A DNA stretch of 64,000 nt from an uncultured SAR116 cluster alpha proteobacterium. Its GTDB lineage: Bacteria > Pseudomonadota > Alphaproteobacteria > Puniceispirillales > Marisalimonadaceae. Position 1 is the stretch's first letter, and each line of letters opens with the position of its first letter. Where the stretch lies: NCBI GenBank assembly GCA_902537945.1, contig CACBDG010000007.1, positions 3,355 through 67,354 of the forward strand, given 5' to 3'. Positions 41,759 through 49,069 of this stretch are shown piece by piece. The position numbers and the translations under genes are program-made. Under the pieces are notes generated by a model, which saw only the letters and a program-made list of their open reading frames with translations, ran no database searches and had not been told where the DNA came from.

Positions 41759-42049
41759 ATGACAATAATGGTATTATTAGACTTTGATATAAAAGAAGGT
41801 AAATTAGACGAGTTTCTTAAAATATTAGAAGAGACTTTACCTGACACTAAGTCATATAATGGTTGCTTATTTTTAAAAACTTGCGTTTATGAAGATCAAA
41901 ATAAAATATGTTTAGTTGAAGAATGGGAAACAAAAAAACATCAAGAAGAATATTTTGCCTGGCGTGTAAGCACAGGTTTAACAAAAGCGATAGAACCGTA
42001 TGTAAGTAATGTAGTGACTACTTATATGGATGTTAAGCAAAGTTTTTGA
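41759..42049 (+). CDS. Antibiotic biosynthesis monooxygenase (ABM) family protein
   Basis: LPDTKSYNGC, EEWETKKHQEEYFAWR. Confidence 0.8.
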   Translation: MTIMVLLDFDIKEGKLDEFLKILEETLPDTKSYNGCLFLKTCVYEDQNKICLVEEWETKKHQEEYFAWRVSTGLTKAIEPYVSNVVTTYMDVKQSF

Positions 42050-42241
42050 GATAGAACACAAGTTTTAAAAAAATTTGAAAATTAATATATCCGCAAAAGT
42101 ATTATAAAACCACCTTAAAAATATCAAATATATATTCCTATAAACACTATTAGTATCCATTTAAGGACTGCTGAGTATGACTAAATACTCATATTGATAA
42201 ACTATATTCACCTTATCAAATCACTATAGAAAAGAGTTAAA

Positions 42242-42382
42242 ATGGACTTAAAAAGTAAACTAAGTTTTCTAGAAAAACTCAAAGAAGAACAAGATACAAA
42301 AGAACAAAAACTAAGATTTGGTGTTAAACCTAAATTCATACCTAAACCTATTACTAGATGGGGTATTAAAATTAAAAAATAA
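42242..42382 (+). CDS. Small basic hypothetical protein (46 aa, absent from ORF track)
   Basis: MDLKSKLSFLEKLKEEQDTKEQKLRFGVKPKFIPKPITRWGIKIKK; purine-rich RBS-like sequence upstream. Confidence 0.55.
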   Translation: MDLKSKLSFLEKLKEEQDTKEQKLRFGVKPKFIPKPITRWGIKIKK

Positions 42383-42407
42383 AATAAAGTTATAAAGGAT
42401 AAAAAAC

Positions 42408-42602
42408 ATGAGAACACATAATTACCTATGTAGAATAAATGATGATCAATGGATTGATCTAATGAAGATAAAGTCATTAGACAAAAGAAGTTTCAATTCA
42501 CTCATTCAAGAGGGATGTAGATTAGTGGTTCAAGAAAAACTACAACAACTATCTACACTGAGAAAGAATAGAAATAGTTTGCAGAATATGGTTTCAGCAT
42601 AA
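42408..42602 (+). CDS. Small DNA-binding protein, ribbon-helix-helix-like
   Basis: Beta-strand-like HNYLCRI followed by two helices with RSFNSLI (Arc-like RSxN); AAGGA RBS. Confidence 0.6.
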   Translation: MRTHNYLCRINDDQWIDLMKIKSLDKRSFNSLIQEGCRLVVQEKLQQLSTLRKNRNSLQNMVSA

Positions 42603-42604
42603 TA

Positions 42605-42931
42605 TTAAACTAAGATGTTATCCTCTAAAACAATACCTCTATTGGCGAAGATCTTTATTGGCACTTTTGACTTATGTTGTTTTTCAATTTCTTGCCAAAT
42701 AGGTTGACAGTTTTTGTATGCATTTTCATCTTTATACTCAAATATATGCCCTAATCTAAAACTACCATCTCGGTTCCATACTCTCATTATTGCATGCCTT
42801 AATAAACCTTTAGACTTTAATTTTGGAAGAAATATTTCTTTCTTATCTTGCCAATTATGCAATGTAATTAGCATATCAGATTCTGTTGAAAAATCTTGAG
42901 TACTATAATTAATTAACTTTGAATCTTTCAT
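42605..42931 (-). CDS. Hypothetical protein, probable dimeric alpha+beta barrel
   Basis: RVWNRDG..HIFEYKDENAYKNC; AGGAG RBS. Confidence 0.7.
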   Translation of the reverse strand: MKDSKLINYSTQDFSTESDMLITLHNWQDKKEIFLPKLKSKGLLRHAIMRVWNRDGSFRLGHIFEYKDENAYKNCQPIWQEIEKQHKSKVPIKIFANRGIVLEDNILV

Positions 42932-43082
42932 TATAACTCCTGAGAAAACTGTTTGATTAATTATTAATAATGTCGATCATTTTAACAATTATTTTTTATA
43001 TATTTATTTAATACCAACAGTATCCAGAGAGAAATATTAATTACTCTTTACCTTCACAGAATATTTTGATTAGACTGTAATT

Positions 43083-43709
43083 ATGAATAAAAAAAATAAA
43101 ATTTCTTGTTCATGTGGTTCATGCCAATTATTTCTAAATGACCCATTACCTAAATATTCTGTAATGTGTGCATGTGAAGATTGTAGGCAGGCATTGCGAT
43201 GGGCAGAGATAAATGGGGGTAAAAAACCTAAAGATATACTCTATTCTGTATATTTCCGTTCAGATATTCAAAGTTATAATGGAATTGAGAATATGATTGC
43301 AACTCAACTCAGAGGGGATGCAAGTTCAACGAGGATATATTGTAAGAATTGTTTTTCTTGTTTTGCAGTTGACCATGTCAACTATCAAAATAATGTGTTT
43401 ATGATACAACCTGATTATTGTAAGCAGAACTTTAACTTGCAAATACCACCATTAGCAGTCCTTAATTTACAAGATTATCCGGGAGAATTTGCTGAACTAG
43501 ACTCTGATACTATTCCTGTTTTTCATTCAAGAAAATATCCTCAAGAGAGAAAAAGATTTTTATCCATTGAACCAATATCTGAGTATCTTACCCCACCAAA
43601 AATTCCTGCTGAAGGAATAACAATAAGAGAACTTATCACAAAAATTGGAAAAATTAGAGTATTGGATTTAATTAGAGGTGATAATCTAGAGGAATTAGAG
43701 AATGAATAA
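43083..43709 (+). CDS. GFA/CENP-V-like zinc-binding protein
   Basis: CSCG, CACEDCR, RIYCKNC. Confidence 0.7.
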   Translation: MNKKNKISCSCGSCQLFLNDPLPKYSVMCACEDCRQALRWAEINGGKKPKDILYSVYFRSDIQSYNGIENMIATQLRGDASSTRIYCKNCFSCFAVDHVNYQNNVFMIQPDYCKQNFNLQIPPLAVLNLQDYPGEFAELDSDTIPVFHSRKYPQERKRFLSIEPISEYLTPPKIPAEGITIRELITKIGKIRVLDLIRGDNLEELENE

Positions 43710-44082
43710 GTTAATTCTTAAGCAGGAGGTTTTGGATGCGTATGATGGATATGTTAAGGCATTTGTAAAAGGAGATACAAAAGAAGTTGAAAACTATTTA
43801 AGTTTTCCCAACTATAGATTTCTCGATGGTGAAATAAAAGAATTTAATGAGTTTCATTCTAACCTAGACGAATTAAAAAACAGAGGTTACAAAGATACAA
43901 TTGCACTTAGTATTGATGTTGTAGAAATTAATGAAGAAAAAGCACATTTAGTTTTAAAAGAGGCATTGAGAGTCAAGGATAAAAATGAACCACTAGAAGA
44001 AATAAGTTCATTTTATATTTTTATTAAAGAAGATGATAAATGGAAAATAAAATTCAGTTCTGCTTTCTTTTTTCCTAAGTAA
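43702..44082 (+). CDS. NTF2-like fold hypothetical protein
   Basis: YVKAFVKGD...KEDDKWKI pattern. Confidence 0.65.
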   Translation: MNKLILKQEVLDAYDGYVKAFVKGDTKEVENYLSFPNYRFLDGEIKEFNEFHSNLDELKNRGYKDTIALSIDVVEINEEKAHLVLKEALRVKDKNEPLEEISSFYIFIKEDDKWKIKFSSAFFFPK

Positions 44083-44189
44083 CAATTAAATACCCTCAGA
44101 TTTTGACACAGATTTGACACAGTTACGCAGTAAAATATATGATAATTAAATAATAAATCTGTGAGAAAATAAGGGTTTAAAGGGGTCAA

Positions 44190-44251
44190 CTGGATAGAGC
44201 ACTAGACTACGAATCTAGGGGTCAGGAGTTCGAATCTTCTCGAGCGCACCA
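44190..44251 (+). repeat. attR of island 1 (3' 62 nt of tRNA-Arg)
   Basis: 60/62 identical to 37107-37168; lacks the tRNA 5' end. Confidence 0.95.
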
Positions 44252-44548
44252 TCATTTTTTATAACTCATTGATATTTTAACATTATTTTTAAAGTAATAT
44301 AGCTGTAGACAAGGTTGTATACCAAATTGTATACTAAAATAAATATGATTTTGTATGTTATTAAAATGTTTAAAGGCATTACCTCAATGAATAGCTATCA
44401 CCTTTAAGAGGTTTATAAATGAAAACCTCTTTCTTTTATATTTTCTATCATTAAGAGAATTTAGTAATAAATTTGTAAATAAAAAGGTTAATTCAAGACA
44501 GCTATTTATCAACCAAAAACCATAAACCAATGCTCATCTATAACCTTG

Positions 44549-44638
44549 TTAAGATAGTAGAAAGTTGTCTTTATTTGTTTTTATTGTTTCCTTCTGTTGG
44601 TGATTTTGCACTTTTATTGTTATATTGACTTCAAACAT
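44549..44638 (-). pseudogene. Truncated paralog of the 48320-48640 gene
   Basis: MFEVNITIKVQNHQQKETI versus MFAVNVTIKVQNELAKKAI; stop after 29 codons. Confidence 0.6.
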
Positions 44639-44808
44639 CTAAACTACTTAAATTTTTTGAAATCTTATTTAATGTTAATTATTATTCATTAATTTATATA
44701 TGAAACAAAATTTTATGATTTATAAAAATTATATAACCTTTTTTTTGCTAAGATATTATTTCAGATCAAGCTCATAATTATTTAATTAAATATCTGTTAT
44801 TAAGGGAG

Positions 44809-45858
44809 TTGAAAATGGCTGACATTGAAAAAACTAGAAAGTTACAATACAAAATTATGCAAGATATTGCTGCTGGAGCTCTAATTCCTATGATGAGAAT
44901 AGGAGATGAACTAGGTCTTTTTAAAAATTTACATAAATTTGGTCCATGCACTTCCGATGAATTCAGTAATCAAATTAAGATGGATAAAAGATATATAAGG
45001 GAGTGGTTGCTTGCTTTAGCTGCCGCCAAATATATAGATTATAATAATAAAAATGAAGAATTTTCTTTGAGTGCAGAACAATTTTCAATTTTAGGAGATG
45101 AAGATAGTATTTCATTAATGATTGGAGGATTTGAAAATTTAGTAGGGGCGATCCATAATATAGATATAATAAAGGATAATTTTAAAAATGGTAGTGGAAC
45201 TGGTTGGGGAAACTTACATCCATGTTGCCTATCTGGATCGGCAAGATTTTTCAAGCCATCATATTCAATTTTTTTGATAAAAAAATGGATACCTAGTCTT
45301 GATGGCGCAGACGAAATGCTTACTAAAGGTATTACTTTTGCAGACATTGGATGTGGACATGGTTACTCATCTTCATTGATAGCACAAAAATATGCTAACT
45401 CAAAAATTGTAGGAATTGATCCTCACGAGCCATCAATTTCTGAAGCTATAAAAAATAATAAAAACCTTAGTAACTTAGAATTTAGAGTTAATAACGCTAA
45501 AAATTATGATGGTAAATATGATATAATTGCTTTTTTTGATTGTCTTCATGACATGGGAGATCCACTTGGGGCCATTAAATATGCAAAGACAAAACTAAAT
45601 CCTAATGGAATCATTATGCTTGTTGAGCCTACTGCTGATGACTTGCCAGAAAATAACTTTAATTTAATCGGACAACTGTATTATTCTTTCTCAACAATTG
45701 CATGTATTCCAGCCTCAAAATCTCAAGAAGTTGGTTTAGCACTTGGGGCCCAAGCAGGGCCTCAAAAGTTATTTTCTATATTAAACGAGGCAGGGTTTAA
45801 AGATACAAAAGTCACTTATAAAACTGCTTCGAATATGGTAATACAAGGAAAATTATAA
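44809..45858 (+). CDS. Class I SAM-dependent methyltransferase with N-terminal wHTH (Rv2258c-like)
   Basis: RYIREWL, ADIGCGHG, FDCLHDMGDP, LGAQAG. Confidence 0.9.
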   Translation: MKMADIEKTRKLQYKIMQDIAAGALIPMMRIGDELGLFKNLHKFGPCTSDEFSNQIKMDKRYIREWLLALAAAKYIDYNNKNEEFSLSAEQFSILGDEDSISLMIGGFENLVGAIHNIDIIKDNFKNGSGTGWGNLHPCCLSGSARFFKPSYSIFLIKKWIPSLDGADEMLTKGITFADIGCGHGYSSSLIAQKYANSKIVGIDPHEPSISEAIKNNKNLSNLEFRVNNAKNYDGKYDIIAFFDCLHDMGDPLGAIKYAKTKLNPNGIIMLVEPTADDLPENNFNLIGQLYYSFSTIACIPASKSQEVGLALGAQAGPQKLFSILNEAGFKDTKVTYKTASNMVIQGKL

Positions 45859-45891
45859 CATAAAAATACTACCTTAAACTTCTCTACGAAT

Positions 45892-45928
45892 CCATCAATG
45901 AACCCTGGTCAGTGTTCCATGGACTTCG
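45892..45928 (+). repeat. 37-bp direct repeat, copy 1
   Basis: CCATCAATGAACCCTGGTCAGTGTTCCATGGACTTCG; 34/37 identical to 47810-47846. Confidence 0.85.
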
Positions 45929-46050
45929 ATTATTATATTAAAATATGCACAAAAAAACATCATTGTAATGAAACCTTAACAAAAAACTTTGATCTTTAAT
46001 TTTATTAGTTTTTTAATTAAATTATTATTATTTTATGAAGGAGTTTAAAA

Positions 46051-46668
46051 TTGGCAATTATTTCAAGAAGAATTTTAAGGCCATCTCTAGGAAAGTCCAA
46101 AATAGCGCTAGAACGTGCTACTAAGTATAAGGATGTTATGGTTTCACACGGCCTTAAGGCAAGATTAGGCTTATTTGTTGGTGGTGAATTAAATGGTTCT
46201 ATCCAACTTACCGCTGCTTTCCCCAATATGACAGATGCTACTAAATCGTTTGTAGAACTTAGTAAAAATAAAGAAATAATAGACCTTATGGACAAAAGAG
46301 AAGAAGATCCTGCAGGTCATTTAATTGGACCAGAGGTTTATAGAAGTGTTTATGGACAACCATCTCCAGAGCATAATATATTATTGATTAGGGAATATGA
46401 AGTTGATAGAAAATTTCTTCCTCAGTCTATTGAAATCCTTACTGAAGCAGATGCGTTAGCAAAAGACGAAGATACCAATGTATTAGCCCTTTATCCAATT
46501 ATAGCTGACAAAATGGATACTTTATATGTTGTCTATTATTATTCATCATTTGAATCTATGGGTGATATAATCGATAGAATTGGAATGTCTAAGGAATTCC
46601 AAAATTTAGTCAGCAAGGCTAATGAAACTGGCAAATTAAAAGCATCCAATGTTGTAAAAATAATTTAA
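46051..46668 (+). CDS. Hypothetical protein, two NIPSNAP-like alpha+beta barrel halves
   Basis: GAAGGAG RBS with TTG start; two ~100-aa repeats of a strand-helix pattern. Confidence 0.65.
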   Translation: MAIISRRILRPSLGKSKIALERATKYKDVMVSHGLKARLGLFVGGELNGSIQLTAAFPNMTDATKSFVELSKNKEIIDLMDKREEDPAGHLIGPEVYRSVYGQPSPEHNILLIREYEVDRKFLPQSIEILTEADALAKDEDTNVLALYPIIADKMDTLYVVYYYSSFESMGDIIDRIGMSKEFQNLVSKANETGKLKASNVVKII

Positions 46669-46685
46669 ATTTTAAAGGAATTACC

Positions 46686-46967
46686 ATGAGTATTTTAGTA
46701 CGTTTTTCACCACCATCTATGACAGCAGAACAGTATGATGCAATTGTTGACAGAATGTATAAAGAGGGCGTTCATCCAGATCCCGGACTTGAATTAGAAT
46801 TATGCTTTGGATCTGGAGACCAAATGAAAGTTTCTTTGCTTTTTGACTCAAAAGAACATTTTGAATCATTTGGAGCTAAAATAGGCCCAATCCTCTCAGA
46901 AATGGGTATGGACCCTGGTGAACCTGAAGTTTTAGAGATTCATAATATAATCAGAAGAAACAGTTAA
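46686..46967 (+). CDS. Hypothetical protein, probable alpha+beta barrel
   Basis: MTAEQYD..FDSKEHFESFG..GEPEVLEIHN; AAGGA RBS. Confidence 0.75.
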   Translation: MSILVRFSPPSMTAEQYDAIVDRMYKEGVHPDPGLELELCFGSGDQMKVSLLFDSKEHFESFGAKIGPILSEMGMDPGEPEVLEIHNIIRRNS

Positions 46968-47000
46968 CTGCTTAAATAAAAAATAACTGGGGCTATGTAA

Positions 47001-47771
47001 ATGGAATTTCAAAATGAAATTGGCCTTATACAAAGAAAAATGGCTGCAAGCGTAGCAGGGTCTTCGCGAAGGCTTGAAATTTTAAATGTATTAGACATAC
47101 AATCTGGTCAACAAGTGCTAGATATAGGTTGTGGAGGTGGACATTTGCTTGAAGAATTAGCAAAAGCTGTTGGCCCTAAAGGTAAAGCAATTGGGTTGGA
47201 TACAAGTGAAGATCAGCTTAAACAAGCTAAAGGAAGATGCGCCTTATATGATAATGCTTTCACACTCCTTGGTTTTGCTAATAAGATAAATTTGGAGAGT
47301 AATAGTTGTGATGCTGTTGCCTCCGCACAAACTTTTGAATATATAGAGGATGTTGATGGTTCAATTGAAGAGGTTACTAGAATTCTTAAACCATCATCTA
47401 TATTTGTAAATATATCTATTCTTTGGGATTATTACAAATTTTATGGTGCTGACGATAACTTAAACAATCTTATACAAGATACATTCAAGGCTCATTGTTT
47501 CCATCAAATGCTTCCCACAACATTATCTGGCAGACTTAAAAAGTTTGGTTTTAAACAGCTTAAACATAAACCATTACCAATGTTTATAACAACGACAGAC
47601 GATAACTCGCCAGCTAAATATGCAGCTGAGGTTATGGCCCAATTTGCCTTACAACAAGGAGTTTCAAAAGACAAAGTTAATGAATGGCAAAATCAATTAA
47701 AATTAGCTGAAGATACTGGACACTTTGCTTACACAAACCTTCCAATATTAACTTATGGTTATCTAAGTTAA
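47001..47771 (+). CDS. Class I SAM-dependent methyltransferase (UbiE-like)
   Basis: VLDIGCGGG, GLDTS, RILKP. Confidence 0.88.
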   Translation: MEFQNEIGLIQRKMAASVAGSSRRLEILNVLDIQSGQQVLDIGCGGGHLLEELAKAVGPKGKAIGLDTSEDQLKQAKGRCALYDNAFTLLGFANKINLESNSCDAVASAQTFEYIEDVDGSIEEVTRILKPSSIFVNISILWDYYKFYGADDNLNNLIQDTFKAHCFHQMLPTTLSGRLKKFGFKQLKHKPLPMFITTTDDNSPAKYAAEVMAQFALQQGVSKDKVNEWQNQLKLAEDTGHFAYTNLPILTYGYLS

Positions 47772-47809
47772 GAGTTTTATAACTGAAGCATACCATCAAT
47801 TCCCTTAAC

Positions 47810-47846
47810 CCATCATTGAACCCTGGTCAGTGTTCCGTGGACTACG
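47810..47846 (+). repeat. 37-bp direct repeat, copy 2; start of a GC-rich structured segment running to 47922
   Basis: CCATCATTGAACCCTGGTCAGTGTTCCGTGGACTACG. Confidence 0.85.
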
Positions 47847-48047
47847 GTCAATGGGCAGACCACCACTTTGACCAAAGATCAATCTTGATTAGGAAAAGGG
47901 TGCAGTAACCCCGGACCATGGGCTTTGTCTGATGTAGACAAGGTTGTAGACAAGCTTTTGTCATTGACGGATTCACTGTATTTGCTAAGCTATTGATATT
48001 GTTGGAGTTTAGACAAAACCATTGCTCTAGTTAGGCATCACACCTCA

Positions 48048-48061
48048 TCTCGAGCGCACCA
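48048..48061 (+). repeat. att copy (3' 14 nt of tRNA-Arg)
   Basis: TCTCGAGCGCACCA, exact match to the tRNA 3' end. Confidence 0.9.
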
Positions 48062-48165
48062 ATTCTTTCATCTTAAAATCAATTAGTTAAGAAAATAGAT
48101 TCTTAAGATACCTCAGAGAATACTCAGTTTTGATACCGATTTGACACAGTATAAGGAGTCAAATT

Positions 48166-48219
48166 ATGGGTTGAGTTCGTAAAAGAGGAAAATCTTGGAA
48201 CGCTCAAGTAAGAATATCA
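48166..48219 (+). pseudogene. Integrase 5' remnant
   Basis: ATG GGT TGA GTT CGT AAA AGA GGA AAA TCT TGG AAC GCT CAA GTA AGA ATA TCA versus intact MGCVRKRGKSWNAQVRIS; codon 3 is a stop and the rest of the gene is deleted. Confidence 0.9.
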
Positions 48220-48319
48220 GTAAGATTAGTTACGACAAGACAAGAGAGAAGTTCAATTAAAACTTAAAATAAAGTATGATTTAACCACAGATTACATAAA
48301 ATAAATAGATGAGGTAAAG

Positions 48320-48640
48320 ATGTTTGCTGTAAATGTCACAATTAAAGTACAAAATGAATTAGCAAAAAAAGCAATAATACTTGCATTAAAAGACTGGAGT
48401 CATGATCTCTTTCAAAATAATGGATTATTGTTTAGGTGTTTTGTTGATAGAACAGAAAATCAAGTTGAAATATTTCACGTTTTTAGAACTAAAGAAGAAA
48501 TGGAAGATGTTCGAAAAAATAAATCTAATAAATTTTGGGATCAAATTAAAGATATGGGTGGTCAAGTAACAAGATTTGAAGGAGATTGTGAAGTTGAAGT
48601 TTCTAAGGGGCTACAAGACTTAGATTTAAAATTTAAATAA
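48320..48640 (+). CDS. Hypothetical protein, probable alpha+beta barrel
   Basis: 106-aa ORF with GAGG RBS; a paralog remnant lies at 44549-44638. Confidence 0.7.
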   Translation: MFAVNVTIKVQNELAKKAIILALKDWSHDLFQNNGLLFRCFVDRTENQVEIFHVFRTKEEMEDVRKNKSNKFWDQIKDMGGQVTRFEGDCEVEVSKGLQDLDLKFK

Positions 48641-49069
48641 ATTTTGATGTTTATTTTGATACAATAAATTGATACAAAAAATAACAAATTTTAAGTTTTT
48701 ATTTTCAAAAATACAGGTTGTAGTTGCGATTGTAAAAGATTTAAAGAAGATAATTACAACCAAAAAGTTACAAAACAGGCTATGGATAAATCGATTAAGT
48801 TTCTTGAAAAATATACAAAATAAAATGTTCTATAGATTCATCTATCATCATTTTTTTGATGCGGTCATAGTTTATTAAACCATATATTTATAGAAGTTTG
48901 CTATGTACAAAAATGACAAAAAAATTGTAAAAAATTGGTTTTAAGATAAAAATAATGAGAGAAGTAGTATTTTATGGGATGGAAATATAATCCTAAAAAC
49001 ACCAACGTTGTTTGGATTTTTATGTATGTTTGTTTTAGTACTTAGTCTTTTAGAGAAATTATTTTAAAC

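Larger units (their letters stand above)
37169..44251. mobile_element. Island 1: tyrosine-integrase integrative element (7083 bp) in tRNA-Arg
   Basis: 62-bp direct repeat 37107-37168 / 44190-44251 (60/62 identical); intact integrase at the left end; paired TTTGACACAG repeats near both ends. Confidence 0.93.
44252..48061. mobile_element. Island 2: integrase-less tRNA-Arg islet (3.8 kb)
   Basis: Bounded by the tRNA 3' repeat TCTCGAGCGCACCA (44238-44251 and 48048-48061); TGTAGACAAGGTTGTA at 44304 and 47933; IHF consensus near both ends. Confidence 0.8.

Noticed and set aside
44186-44251. Second functional tRNA-Arg gene
   Set aside because: Lacks the 5' acceptor strand and an intact 5' D-stem; it is attR
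45892-47846. CRISPR array or classical integron attC sites
   Set aside because: Only two copies, 1.9 kb apart; no cas genes, no RYYYAAC/GTTRRRY-bounded palindromes and no IntI-type integrase
48669-48878. 69-aa ORF and nearby tandem TTGATACAA motifs (48656-48676)
   Set aside because: The ORF has no RBS or recognisable features; the motif pair might be another arm-site relic but has no partner att, so it is not called
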